A DNA stretch of 64,000 nucleotides from the human T2T-CHM13v2.0 reference genome, Homo sapiens: NCBI RefSeq assembly GCF_009914755.1, contig NC_060943.1, one strand, 5' to 3'. Under the pieces are notes generated by a model that saw only the letters and a program-made list of their open reading frames with translations, was not told the DNA's origin and ran no database searches. Position numbers and translations under genes: made by a program. The stretch's first letter is position 1. Each line of letters opens with the position of its first letter. Shown piece by piece: positions 1 to 32,230 of the stretch.

Positions 1-2598
<2,598 letters not shown>

Positions 2599-2708
2599 TT
2601 ACTCCACTCACCTAGACTCACATGAATATAGTTTAAAAATCTTACCTACAAAATTATACAAACTACATAAACAATATGGCACTGCAAAATACCACAGGCC
2701 CTAATTCT

Positions 2709-2831
2709 ATTTTTGTTTTTTTGTTTGTTTGTTTTTGAGACGGAGTCTCGCTCTGTCACCCAGGCTGGAGTGCAGTGGTGCAATCTTGGCTCACAGCAAG
2801 CCCTGCCTCCTGGGTTCACGCCATTACCCTG
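2709..2831 (-). mobile_element. 5'-truncated AluY-like element just upstream of the exon 4 acceptor
   Basis: Alu right-arm 3' end; 16-bp TSD cacaggccctaattct at 2693-2708 and 2832-2847. Confidence 0.85.
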
Positions 2832-5419
2832 CACAGGCCCTAATTCTTTCATAGACATATATATGTAACAAAAACATACAGATCAAATTACATCTATGGA
2901 AAATTTATGAATGAGTTAAGTGTGTGCAGTGTCTCAGGGGAGCACAATGCAAAAAACCACACAGAAAAAAAAGAAAAGTCTGTTAAATTTACTTGACACA
3001 GCTTTTCCTGCTTCCCATTATAACAGAGTGCCTTTAGAAGTAAATTGCCAACTCCTGGTTTATGTTTTAAAAGAAAGGTAAAATAGTAGCCCATTCATTT
3101 TTATTTACAGCTTTTAGGGGCTTTTCCTGACACTGATTTCCCTCTCTCATGACATAAGTGTTGAAAGAAACCGTGGCATAATTTGGAATGAAAGTTTGAG
3201 TCTGCTGAGACCAAAGAAAAATGTTACAGCAGCAGAGAGACTGCAGTACCACAGAAAGGAAACAGGCATAGCAAGTGATTACTGACTCCTACAAAGTAAC
3301 ATAAGTAAACACTCTTAATTAAGACATAAACACAAAATTTCAGACAACACATATCCTAAGAACATATTTGAGAAATTCCCATAATCATTAGACAAGACAG
3401 TTGTTTTCAAACTATGCCAGGACAAAACTACATTATAAAGACTTTGACAGTTAGCTTTTTTAAATGTCCAAATCTCAATCAAAGATTATAATGTATACAA
3501 AATAGGGCAATATGATGCCACCAAAATATTATAAAATTTTCTGAAAGAAACCATAAAAGAGATGTATACATTAATTTTATGAATTGGTAATGAATAATAC
3601 TCACTGATTAAAATAGGAACAGAGACAACTATGGAAAATCGGAAAAATGAGGATGAGAACAAAAATATTTAAGATTTCAAAAAAGCAGAAATTGTGGAGG
3701 TAAAAATATAAAAACTGATAGATCCTAAAAGTAAGAAAAAATGATGTAAAAATAAAGAAGCTCAACAAACTAGGATCACAGAAAGATATTTATAACAAAC
3801 ACATATATAAGCACAATTTCAAAAGTCACAGACAAAAAAAAAATCTTTGAAGCTGCAAAATAAAAGTGATGTGCCAGGCCAGGCCAGGCATGGTGGCTCA
3901 CACCTGTATTTTAGGCACTTTGGGAGGCCAAGGAGGACAGATCACCTAAGGTCAGGAGTTCAAGGCCAGCCTGGCCAACATGGTGAAACCCCGTCTCTAC
4001 TAAAACTACAAAAATTAGCCAGGTGTGGTGACACATGCCTGTAATCCCAGCTACTTGGGAGGCTAAGGCAGATTATGAGGTCAGGAGTTTGAGATCAGCC
4101 TGACCAACATGGAGAAAACCCCTCTCTACTAAAAATACAAAATTAGCTGTGCATGGTGGCACATGCCTGTAATCCCAGCTACTCAAAGACTGAGGCAGGA
4201 GAATCACTTGAACCCGGAGGCAGTGGTTGTGGTGAGCCGAGATCGCGCCATTGCACTCCAGCCTGGGCAACAAGAGCAAAATTCCATCTCAAGAAAAAAA
4301 AAATGGTAGTTGTTTAATATGTATTAAGATTTAGCTTGCAAGGTAAAAACATTTTAGCAATATGTTGCATGAAAATTTCAAGATGATTAATATGACTAAA
4401 TTAAATATTTATTTTCTGGTAAATTTTGTTTTTTTTTTGACAAGTAAAAATAATAATAACTAAAAGTACAGAGTTATGATAGTTTTAAATTATATTCACA
4501 TTTAAAAGTGTTTCTCCCATAAAAAAATATAGATTCAGAAATAAATAGGATGTTGAAATTATAAGAATTTTATGACTACTCAGCTACACAGGATTAGAAA
4601 ATCACTCACAACAAACCCACACAACAAATATACAAGTTATAAAAAATACAACGATAATATTTATACAGGCAAACAAACATAGAGATAATTCTATTGGAAA
4701 AAGACATATGGCTCAATCATATTTGATGTTGCTCCAGACTGTCTTAAATTGCATAAAGTTAAATATTGACATGCACAATTATTATACTAAAATATCAAAG
4801 CACAATTAACAGATGTGTAGTGGCATACCCTAAAATATATAACACAAAAATATACAATTGCAAAACCAAATTAAAACATGGAATGTAAACTTTATTAGGC
4901 ACCATCAACTAGATTAACATATTCATTAAAAAATCTTAGAAGAAGAATATGGGAAAAAATAATACAGAGATTACTTGAAAATAAAAAAAGGTGAGAAATT
5001 CCCAAATTTTGATGTAATAAAAGAAAAAAAATTCTAACTAAGAATACTTGATTTAAATTTATTTCACTTTAAAAAGAAGATGAAAATAAAAAATTTCCAA
5101 AATAAAAAGTGAGCGTGTTCATCACCACTAGCACAGTTCTACAAAAAAAAAAAAAAATGCTACATGGTGTCCAGGCACCGTGGGCTGATGCCTGTAATCC
5201 TACAGTTTTAGGAGGCAAGCCTGTCAGAACACTAGAAACCAGGAGTTTCAGATCAGCCTGAGTAATGTGAGACTCTGTAAATAACAATAAGAAATGCTGA
5301 AATGAGTCAGTAAAATGAGTCAGTTTTGTTTTAAAAAAATACTGGACAGTATCATAAAACCATATATAAAATAAAGCTCTCTATTAAATGTAAATACACA
5401 GACAAATATAGAAGTCTTT

Positions 5420-6145
5420 TTTTTTTTTTTTAATTGATCATTCTTGGGTGTTTCTCGCAGAGAGGGATTTGGCAGGGTCATAGGACAATAGTGAAGGGAA
5501 GGTCAGCAGATAAACAAGTGAACAAAGGTCTCTGGTTTTCCTAGGCAGAGGACCCTGCGGCCTTCCGCAGTGTTTGTGTCCCTGGGTACTTGAGATTAGG
5601 GAGTAGTGATGACTCTTAACGAGCATGCTGCCTTCAAGCATCTGTTTAACAAAGCACATCTTGCACCGCCCTTAATCCATTTAACCCTGAGTGGACACAG
5701 CACATGTTTCAGAGAGCACAGGGTTGGGGGTAAGGTCATAGATCAACAGCATCCCAAGGCAGAAGAATTTTTCTTAGTACAGAACAAAGTGAAAAGTCTC
5801 CCATGTCTACTTCTTTCTACACAGACACAGCAACCATCCGATTTCTCAATCTTTTCCCCACCTTTCCCCCTCCTCTATTCCACAAAACCACCACTGTCAT
5901 CATGGCCCGTTCTCAATGAGCCGTTGGGTACACCTCCCAGACGGGGTGGTGGCCGGGCAGAGGGGCTCCTCGCTTCCCAGTAGGGGCGGCCGGGCAGAGG
6001 CGCCCCTCACCTCCCGGATGGGGTGGCTGGCCCGGCGGGGGCTGACCCCCCCACCTCCCTCCCAGATGGGGCGGCTGGCCGGGCGGGGGGCTGACCCCCA
6101 TACCTCCCTCCCAGACGGGGCGGCTGGCCTGGCGGGGGGCTGACC
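5420..6145 (-). mobile_element. 5'-truncated SVA (partial VNTR, SINE-R, polyA), younger SVA_D-F-like, sense to ZNF91
   Basis: Poly-T 5417-5431, SINE-R, VNTR units GGGGTCAGCCCCCCGCC. TSD agaagtcttt at 5410-5419 and 6146-6155. GATTGAGAAATCGGATGG variant typical of younger subfamilies as I recall. Confidence 0.95.
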
Positions 6146-6993
6146 AGAAGTCTTTACTATCATAATGATGATGCTTAAAATCCTTAAAGATCTTCTATAG
6201 AATATTTAAAACAGAATAAAAATGGTAATTGTAGACACCAAAATCCCATTTTCGATAAATAGAAGATTCATATAAAAATGAATAAGAAAACAGAAAACCT
6301 AGACAACATTATACACTGATTTATCATTCTGCATATAGAGGAATACCTGAGAATGGATAATTTATTAAAAAACCAAGTTTATTTGGCTCACAATTCAGCA
6401 GACTGTATAAAAAGTCTGTGCCAGCATCTGCTTCTGGTGAGAGTGTCAGCAAGCTTACAATCACGGTTGAAGGCGAAGATTAACTGTACACACCACAAGA
6501 TAACAGACAGAGCAAGTACGAGGTGAAGGAGCCAGGTTCTTCTAACAAACCAGCTTTCATTTGAATTAATAAAGTGCACACATTTTGATTACCAAGAGGA
6601 TGGTGCCAAACTATTCATAAGGACTCTGCCCCATGACCCAAACACCTCCTACCAGGTCCGACATCTAACATCAAGAATTACATTGCAGCATAAGGTTTGA
6701 GTAACATCAACATCAATACCATATTATAGACCAACTAGGTTTAACAGACATGTACAAAACTTTTCAGTCAAAAGCAAGGGAATATGCAATATTTTTATTT
6801 GCACCTGGTGTATTCTGTTACGACACATACTAAGTTTTATTAAATTTAAGAATGCCAGGTGGGTGGTGTAGCTCATGCCTATAATCCCAACACATAGAGA
6901 GACCAAGGTGTGAGGATCACTTACAGCTAAAAGTTTCAGGCCAGCCTGGGCAACATAGTGAGACCCTATCCCTACAAAATAATCAAATAATTA

Positions 6994-7176
<183 letters not shown>

Positions 7177-7730
7177 TTAAGAATATCAATATTATCCACT
7201 TTGTGTTTTCTGACCAAAACTCAAACTGGAGATTAAAACTGAAAAATCCAAAAATACATGAAAATAAAAAACTCTTCAACATATTTTTGCACAGGAATAA
7301 AAAAATTAATTTTTCAAAGATGTCAATACAACCAACAGTGGTACACAAATTCAATAGAATCTTTATAAAAATCCCAACAGTAGTTTTTTAAAGAAATACT
7401 GTTTGAGATGTTAAAATTTTGTTACGAACTATAGCCAAACACCCATGGAAAAAAAACAAAGGCATTATAACTTCTGATTTTGAAACGTACTAAAAGCAAC
7501 AATAACAAAAACAATGAGGTACTCACACAGATAAACAGATGAAAGAACAGAGTAGAGAGGCCAGAAATGAACCCTTCTGTATATGGCCAAATAATCTCCC
7601 ACAAAATTGACATGAGCACACAATGGAAGATAACCTTTTCAAAAAATTCTGTTAGAAACTGAATATCCATTCTGATAAAATAAAGATTATTTCCTTAAAC
7701 CATATGTGAAAATCTTTTAATTAGACATAA

Positions 7731-7990
<260 letters not shown>

Positions 7991-8351
7991 TGATCCACCC
8001 ACCTCAGCCTCCCAAAGCGCTGGGCGACGAGGCCCAGCCGCATAAATTTTTAATCTCTTAAACACATAGAGGGGAGGCAGGGCACTGTGGCTCATGCCTG
8101 TAATCCCAGCACTTTGGGAGGCTGAGATAGGTGGATCACAAGGTGAGGAGTTCAAGACCAGACCAGCCTGAACAAGATGGTGAAAACCTGTCTCTACTAA
8201 AAATACAAAAATTAGCCAGGCGGGGCGGCACGTGCCTGTAGTCTCAGCTACTCAGGAGGCTGAGGCAGAAGAATTGCTTGAACCCAGGAGGTGGGGGTTG
8301 CAGTGAGCCAAGATCACACCATTACACTCCAGCCTGGGTGACAGAGCGAAA

Positions 8352-8357
<6 letters not shown>

Positions 8358-8413
<56 letters not shown>
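8358..8413. repeat. Compound (CT)n(AT)n microsatellite at an Alu tail
   Basis: Direct reading. Confidence 0.9.
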
Positions 8414-8948
8414 GAAACACATGACATTAGTCTTGGTGCCAAATTCTTAGATACAACATTAAATGCATGAGCAACAAAGAAAAAAACCAGAATAATTTAA
8501 CTACACTACACTTCAAAATTTCTGCATACTTAAGTAAACATTTAATAGAGAAATAATGCCTCCTATAAAATGGATGAAAATATTTACAAATTACATGTGA
8601 TAAGTGTGAATATCCAAAAAATATAAACAACTTTTAAAACGGAACAATAAAGTTAAATAACTTTATTTAGAAATAAATAATTAAAATAAATTTTCATAAA
8701 AAAACACAAATAAAAAAACATTTGAAAGGACACACAAAATTACTAATTTGTAGAGAAATGCATTAAAATCACAATGAGAAACAAAATCCCCTCACACCCA
8801 CTTAAATGGTCACTATCCATTTTTTAAAAGCACCAAATCTCTTGATAATGCAATCAAAATGAAACCCTTGGCTGGGCACAGTGGTTCACACCTTTAATCC
8901 CAGCACTTTGGGAGGCCGTGGCAGGCAGATCACAAGGTCAGGAGTTCA

Positions 8949-9860
<912 letters not shown>

Positions 9861-12800
9861 AAAAAACAAACAAACAAACAAAAAAAACTTATATTGATTG
9901 TTGGTGGAAAGCAGGATGCACCCATTATTTTATAATGTTATAAATGTACTTTAAATAAAATTATTATCAAATACAGCAATTCCATTTATGAATCTATATC
10001 TAAAATATGCATCATAAGACCCTGAAGACATATTTGATACAACGGAGTATTATTCAACCTTAAAAAAAAACACAAAAAACTTGTCACATTTAAAGATACA
10101 CTTTGAGATTATGTCAACTGAAATAAACTAGTAACGAAACGATAAATGTTATGATTTCACTAAGATATATAAAATAGTCACACTCATAAAAACAGAAAGT
10201 GGAAGGGTGTTTGTCAAGGGCTAGAGAGAGCATAAAATGGTCAAATGTTATTTAATGGGCATTTCATTTTAATTTTGCAAGATGTAAAATTTCTAGAAGT
10301 CTTTTGCATAACAATGTTAATATTAACAGGCCTGAAATATACAGTTTTGTTTAGTTTTTTGAGACAGGGTCTCAATCTGTCACACAAGCTTGAGTAGAGT
10401 GGCACATTATGGCTCACTGCAGCCTTACACTCCCAGGCTCAAATAATCCTGCCCCTCAATCTCTCAAGTAGCTGGGACCACAGGTACACACCATCATGCC
10501 TGGATATTTCTTACATAAAAATGTTTGTAGAGAGGGTGTCTCCATATTTTGCCCAGGCTGGTCTCAAACTTTTGGGCTCAAGCAATCCTCCTGTCCTGGC
10601 CTCTCAAAATCCTGGTCTTACAGAAGTGAGCCACCACCATGCCTGGCCCTGACATGTACATTGAAATAGATTTAAGAAGGTAAATTATATGTTATGTGTT
10701 TTTACAACAATTATTTTAGGAAAAAAGACAGAAAAAATAAAGAATTATAAATTTTCTTGAAAATTACCTTCAAATCACAAAAACTTTTTTTCACACAAAG
10801 GAAATACATATTCATCATTAAACACATGGTGAAAATAATGCTATTTCAAAGGCTACTCACTTACACAAGACAAAACCAACATTGAAAGTGAACTAAGAGG
10901 CTGGGCAAGGTGGCTGACACCTGTAATCCCAGCACTTTGGGAGGCCACGGCAGGCAGATCACCTGAGGTCAGGAGCTCAAGACCAGCCTAACCAACATGA
11001 GAGAAACCCTGTCTCTACTAAAAGAAAAATACAAAATTAGCCGGGCATGGTGGTACATGCCTGATATCCCAGGTACATTAGAGGCTGAGGCAAGAGAATC
11101 GCTTGAATCTGGGAGGTGGAGGTTGCAGTGAGCCAAGATCATGCATTGCACTCCAGCCTCAGCAACAAGAGCAAAACTCCATCTCAAAAACAAAAAAGAA
11201 AAAAAAATGAGATAAGAAAGAATATATACAAGATAAGCTATAACCAAAACTGGGGTCATATTTGTAGACATAAAAACACACATATATAATCTGATTGTGA
11301 TAGACATATGGCTCATTTATCTTTTAATTAAATCCCACACTGACTTAAAGTATACAAACAGAATTGCAAATTGTCTAAAATTATAATACATAAGTAAAAC
11401 CAAAAAACAATAAACTCATATTAAGGAACTTACACTAAAAAACACACTAATGTAGAACTGCAAGAAAATAATGAAAGAAATGTTTACTCATAAAATCTAG
11501 TTGGCAACATTAATGTACGTTAACAAATAATTTGTCTAGAAAACGGCAATGTTTGACTAACTGTGCAGTCATGGAAGGCAGGCACTTTAAATTACTGGTA
11601 TCTATTGTATGGCAATAAAATCCCAGAGAAAATGTAGTACAATCATAAATAGGAGATGCTAATGAGAAACTTAATAGATAAGCATTTAAAAGAAACTAGT
11701 GTCAATTTTTATGTTTTAAATATGTGCTATTTTTACACAAAATAAAATTACTGTAATTCAAGTTTAGAACCAACTATAGCCTTAAATTGCTAAATTATGT
11801 ATATATTTAGCAAAATATGGTTAGAGCTTCATGTATAAAACAAATATTTGAGGAATACATTATGTTATTATTTAGTTACAGGCTGACAAAAGTGGCTGAA
11901 AATTCTGTAATTCCTATTTGCCTGCCTGTATACTAATTACCTAACTCACACACAACATGTACATTCTAGTATATTGTCCTAAATGTCTGAATCCAAAACT
12001 ACAGACAAATTTGAAGTAGAAAATAAAAATAAAAATTTATATGGAGAGTGACATTAATAAGATAAAAAAAAAAAGATGCCCTATTTGCTTATCTCCTGAC
12101 AGCAAGAAAATTTGGCAGCCATTCCTGACAAAAATGCGTTTGTGAGAGAACCAGGCATCATGGTTCACACCTGTAATGACAGCTACATGGCACATTAAAG
12201 TTGGAGAACTGCTTCCGGTCAAAATATTAAGACCTGCCTGGGTTATGTTGCAAGACCCCATCTCAAAAATAAGTGCCTTTAAGAGAGCTCTGAGATCCAG
12301 GATGGGAGTTATGAAACTCTGCTGAAGCCCAAGATCGAAGGTAATCCTTTTTAGAAGGCAAGCCTCATTCAGGCAGCAAACTACAGGACTACTGTTTTTG
12401 GCTACAGACAAGAAAATATTCCACTTAACTTGGTTCCACTGAGAATTTTGAACTGTACTCTGTAACCATCCCAAACTCTTCCCAGCTACAGACTTGGGGA
12501 GGTTCTGCCCTTCCAGAGGCCTGGAGGAAGACACCCATTTATAGCCATGCAGCAGGCCTGCAGACTTTGGCCTTTACTGTGGTCCCTGAAGCAGGTCCAT
12601 GATTCAGTTCCAGCTCTCTGAGCCACAGTTCATGGCCGGTTCTGCCTATGTAGAAACCCAAAGTAACGTGGGAAAATCCTCTCTTGTACTAGATGAAAGC
12701 CATGCTCATCCACATCCTCATATAAAGCCCACCATATGCAGACCTGACTGCAGAAACCTGCCCTTGGGTCTGCCCTGCAGAGCAAAGTCCTGAAGGATAT

Positions 12801-13184
12801 TCACTCTGTCCAAAAATTAAATGAGAATTATAACTATCCAAGCCCCTTTTAACAACACAACTAAAGGTGGACCCTTGTGCAAACCCAGCAGACTTAAGAC
12901 CAAGCTACAACCCTTCTTCACTACAAACCCAGATGACATTCTATCACTCTGAGGACCCAATAAAAATAGATTTTTACTTTCTGAAACCAGTCTATAAATA
13001 CTTGAACAAGTGTTTGCTCCTTCTTTACAGTCACCGATGCAAAACTATTGTTTCTTATTGTCAATGCTTCTATTTTAACATAGCACTCAAAGTATGTGGA
13101 AGACAAAACAGTCAAAAGAAAAATTTAAAGTCATTGAAATTGAAGACCAGTAAGTAAAATGTTGCTTTTTGTAGATCATGTAAT

Positions 13185-13186
<2 letters not shown>

Positions 13187-13226
<40 letters not shown>
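13187..13226. repeat. (TA)n microsatellite
   Basis: Direct reading. Confidence 0.9.
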
Positions 13227-13229
<3 letters not shown>

Positions 13230-13572
13230 AGTACTTTAAAACCTGTTTAAACTAATGAATACACTCAGTTAATTAGCAAAATGTAAAATGCAAAAAATTA
13301 GCAAAATGTAAAATTAGCAAAATGCACTCTTTTCTATGCCATGAACAGTACTCTGGCTGTCACTGTAAACTTGAAGAAAGATCATTGAAGGGAAAGTAGA
13401 ATTCTTAGAGATTTTATAAGCATTAACAGAAGTGATAGCATAATTTAAAAAAAAAATTCAGGCTTCCCAGAAACTATTTCCTTTGGAACACAGCTTCTCA
13501 GATCACTTTAAAGACCTGCTTTCTTCTTGACTTTGGGCCTCTCATCCTTGTCGTCTGTTGTATTCACTCTCA

Positions 13573-13707
<135 letters not shown>

Positions 13708-14117
13708 TCATATTCTCCACCTGCCAACTTAGTAATGTGCTCAGTAAAGAGCATATAATAGAATATTCTAATAAATTGTCCCAATATACTAATTTGTAAC
13801 AGAAATGTTTAAATATTTAGAAGATATTTTAATTTTATAGGTTCTTAATTTTACTGCTTGGTACTACTGTATCAAAAACTGGTGATGGCAATTAGATTTT
13901 AAGGTGTGAGTAACAGTATTTTATGCCACAAAACTTCTGAAATTACCACTAATCTAAAGTGAAGGACACAGATCAGCTCAGGAATGTGGAAAGTTCAGGT
14001 CAAGATGAAACATCTTGAGGAAATTCTTTTCTAAACAAACAAATCCCCAGGATTTTCTTGAAAACAGAAATCTGAAAGCATAAATTTCCAGAAAACATTC
14101 TACAAAACAGAAATGAA

Positions 14118-14433
<316 letters not shown>

Positions 14434-14441
14434 TTAGTTTA

Positions 14442-14627
<186 letters not shown>

Positions 14628-14999
14628 TTACAAAGTGGCTATGGGCAGAATTTTTCATTTGACTCAAGGTAAAATCAGAAAGTGACTAGAACTGGTTCTG
14701 ACTTATAAGAGTGGCTGAAATTATCCAATAAAATAATTGTCAACACACAAACGTTTTGTAATGTATTCTCTAACTCTGAGAAAAGAGAGTGGCATAATAC
14801 CCACAATATCAGTGTATATATGATACTTGTCTAGATGATAAAGTGTAAAATTGAGGGCATAAATATTAACAAGTACATTTTTGAGTGTTATATTTACATA
14901 ATACAGAATGACTTGTGTATTTTTTTCAGGTGAAAAAGGCATAGTTGTTATATATTTCAGACACAATAGACACGTTGAGTTAGAAGGTACCACTCAAAA

Positions 15000-15295
15000 T
15001 TTTTTTTTTTTTTTGAGACAGAGTCTCACTCTGTTGCCCAGGCTGGAGCACAGTGGCGCAATCTCAGCTCACTGCAAGCTCCGCCTCCCGGGTTCCGTGA
15101 TTCTCCTGCCTCAGCCTCCCGAGTAGCAGGGACTACAGGTGCCCACCACCACGCCCGGCTAATTTTTTGTATTTTTAGTAGAGACAGGGTTTCACTGTGT
15201 TAGCCAGGATGGTCTCGATCTCCTGACCTCGTGATCCTCCCGCCTCGGCCTCCCAAAGTGCTGGGATTACAGGCATGAGCCACCATGCCTGGCCA
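15000..15295 (-). mobile_element. AluY-like element in intron 1
   Basis: GTTAGCCAGGATGGTCTCGATCTCC; TSD gtaccactcaaa on both sides. Confidence 0.85.
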
Positions 15296-16215
15296 GTACC
15301 ACTCAAATTTTAATGTGTATGATAAACTAGACATCTTGTTAATGCAGATTATTTTTTCAGGAGATCTGAAATAAAGTCTGAATTACTGAATTTCTAAAAA
15401 GTTCACTAGTAATGCCAATGTTTTGACCCCAAAAGACTATTCTGTCAAACATCCAGTAAGTGGAACAGCCTGTGTTTTTTTCAGTTTTTCTGGCCTGTAA
15501 ACAAAGATGAGAGCTTTCATTTACCAAAAAAAGATCAATGCAAAGAAAACCTAAAAAAAAAAGGGCAGCTGCCAGATTAAATGTGATGTTTTATGCACAT
15601 CACCTGCATAAAGATACTTAATGATGAAGAGAAAAATAACTCTGTAGTGAAAAAATCTGTAAGAGAGCTTATTAAGCAAGTGAGTTATTAATACCAATTG
15701 CACTAGGACAAGTTTCTATAGTATGCTGATGCACCATATTGCCCCCACTAAAGTAAATTACAGTCTCAATTTAACCATAAGAAAATATCAGTTGCATGGA
15801 AAGTTCAAGGTACAGGTATCTTCCGTGTTCTACAATTTTTAATAGTGATTTTAAGTACTTTCTTTAACACCCTAATAAGCAGCTATATCCTGATAATTTT
15901 TTCCAAACTTTCTGGGTAATAAATGCCATCCTGTTTAAATGAGCACTTTCTTAATCCTGTAATGCACAGAGATAATAAAAAAACAGAACCTCAACATTAT
16001 ATGTTCTCCATCTTCACTAAGAATCCCAGGTTTTCTCCATAGAAATAGATTATCCACACCTTTCCATGTTCAACAGCCACAAAGAGAACATTTTTAATAT
16101 TGCAGATCACAAATTCATGGTGAGAATTCTGCATGGCATATAAGAAGCCATCATGCAGAGAAGGCTCTGGTAGATAGAAAAGAAATATTTTCAGAGATCC
16201 TTGACTATCATAAGC

Positions 16216-21594
<5,379 letters not shown>

Positions 21595-22199
21595 CATAAA
21601 CTGAACTCTTTTTTCTTTTGTAGTATAAATACTTTAGCCTGCAAATAATCATCATGGATAATCAGGTTTCTGTCAAACAACTTACTCAGTATCTTTTAGT
21701 CTTTATAATTCTTTATTGCTAAATTTAATCCTATTTTTATGCTCAACTTTTGTGTGCTTTTAGAATGAGCAAGACTGAACAAATCTGTGTCAACTTTAAA
21801 AGACTAAAAATTGTAAGAACAATCTTTTGCCAAAGCAAAAACGAAGCAATTAATCTCGGGTCCCAGATAAAGACAATCCTGAGACAAAAAAAAAAAAAAA
21901 AAAAATGACAAAAGGTTTATTCAGCTGTTATTTGATTTATATATATTTCAAAAAAAGGGAGATAAAATATATACGTAATCTAAATGTTATAAGAAAAGAG
22001 ATTTTAGTAAGATATTTTCTTACTTTTATGTAGACTAATTAAGCCTCTTATTTCTAATTTATATTTTCTTTTACAACAGCCAGGTCTCTAAACATGTTCT
22101 TGAACTCCTGGACATCTAAATTTTGCACACTGTGTGCACATGAAAGAATGTTTATGGAAGAAAAAACAGAAGAGAGAAAGGTGTTACATAAAATTCATA

Positions 22200-29005
<6,806 letters not shown>

Positions 29006-29544
29006 CTCCCTGGGTAGGGAAGAGTACACTCCAGGTAGAAAGACTGGTTTGTGCTACAGATAGTGGCCCAGGTGGGGCTGTACTCTGATTTATTTCTGGG
29101 TCCATGCAGGCAGATGAGTTTATAAACAGGTGGTCCAGAACCCCAGGCTGGTGGACAAAACAGCCTGCTGCTGCAGATTCAGTGTCTGGAGGTGGGAATA
29201 TGCCAGAAGACTTGGAGATACTTCTGTAAGTTTTTGGCAAAAAAAAAAAAAAAACACTAGGATCAAAAATGCTGTAGTAAAATTCCTGAGTGTGGTTCCC
29301 TGTCCTGGGAGAGGTGTGGACACATTAATGTCTAGTGGGTATGTTAGTGAGTGGGTGAAAATCTTGTGGTGGTGGCTGTGGCAAAAGGGGATCTGCCATC
29401 AGAGCTCCTTTCCTCTAAGTTTTAGGTCCTCTGTCACCCTGGAAGGGGAGCTGGAATCACAGAACAAGGGACAGTGTGACAGCCTGTGTAGAGTGCACAG
29501 CCTCTCATTCCTGGACACCCAGAGGTTTATACTAATCCAGGAGT

Positions 29545-29870
29545 CTGTGGTATCTTTCTTCTGGCACCAAATCTGTAGAGTTTGCTAAACACCAAGCAAT
29601 TCTCCAACACCAACTTATTATCTAAAACTTCAATTCTGACACCACCCAGAGTCAGCACAGACCTTGATTCAGGGCTCAGTCTCACAACATTGTCCTCACT
29701 GCAGATGCCAGTCACAAACTCTATAAGCCCATCTATGCTTCTGAGATACTGTTTAGAAACTGGGGACTCCCATAATGTTACTGAAATTTACTAATTTGTT
29801 AGAGCTACTCACAGAACTCAGCGGAACACTGTAGTCATATTTACCATTTTCACATAAAAGATACAACCCG
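29545..29870. mobile_element. MER21-like LTR fragment
   Basis: caccaagcaattctcc...gtcagcacagacc...gatgccagtcacaa...ctcacagaactcag resembles the recalled MER21 consensus. Confidence 0.55.
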
Positions 29871-29988
29871 GGACAGGCGCGCCAGCTCACTTCTGTAATT
29901 CCACCACTTCGGGAGGCTGAGACAGGCGAATCACCTGAGATCAGGAGTTCAAGACCAGCCTGACCAACATGGAGAAACTCTGTCTCTA

Positions 29989-30132
<144 letters not shown>

Positions 30133-30257
30133 TTAGAGTAAAACTCCGTCTCAGAAAAGAAAAAGGTACAACCCCAACAAAGTCATGTGAAAAAAATGTA
30201 TAAGACCAAGAATAAAGGTGGAAAAAGATGAAGCACATAGATGATAAACAGCTGTGA

Positions 30258-31011
<754 letters not shown>

Positions 31012-31924
31012 CTCTCTTTTCTTACCTATCACACAGCCAGAAAAACGCTTTGTGCATTTTCTCCTCTTCCTCATTAAAAATCAGCTGACTTTGTCTTCAG
31101 TGGTAAACATAAAATACTTCTTAATCTAACTGAACTTAAGTTTATTTTCTTCCCACAGGCTCCTGAACTTTGAGCTACCCTCAGTCTGAGCCACCATACA
31201 ACCCCATTTTATGTTTATCCTAAGAACATGCTGACTTCAGGGTAAAACATTCTCAAAATCTGATTTTATTACCCTCTGTTTAAACATTCCCCTCCTACCT
31301 CCTTACTAATCTTGTTTGCTTTTCCCTAGGAAAAAAAGCCACTGTCTGCCTCATCTTTGCAATCTTTAAAAATCTTATAGTCACTACTTCCTCCTGTTGC
31401 AATACTCCTTTGAAATTCAAGTTTTTACATACATCTAACTTTTATTTTAAAAAGTCTAGAAACTGCCTCAAAACAATAACTTCATCTTCAGTAAGACCCT
31501 CCCAATACCCTTTTATATTAATCTTAACTGCATCTGCGTGTGGGTTGCCAGCTTTCCAGGGCTCTGTAGATTGTCTCAGTATAGGGGCTTCTTCCATAGC
31601 TGAGGTGAGCAAGCTGGGACATCTGCAGGGGAGGCTCCCCAGAAGGAACTAAGTGGGTCTTTAAAAACCTCCTTTTGCAGGCTCAAGCCTGCAAAAGGCT
31701 TAGCTTGGAGTCACTGGGTTTAAGCTTTAATTTCTATGTCAGAGTTATTAACTTGGCTTTTGAAACTATAACTAGGTGGTAGAATAATTCAGCAAAATTA
31801 TGCAAACACAGTGTTCATACAAGGGAAGAAAAGTTTAAGGTGTTTACATCTTATACCTCAGTAAGAAAAGCAAAAGTATTTATTCCTTTCAGACAATAAA
31901 TATATTATGTTATTATTTGTATCA

Positions 31925-32230
<306 letters not shown>

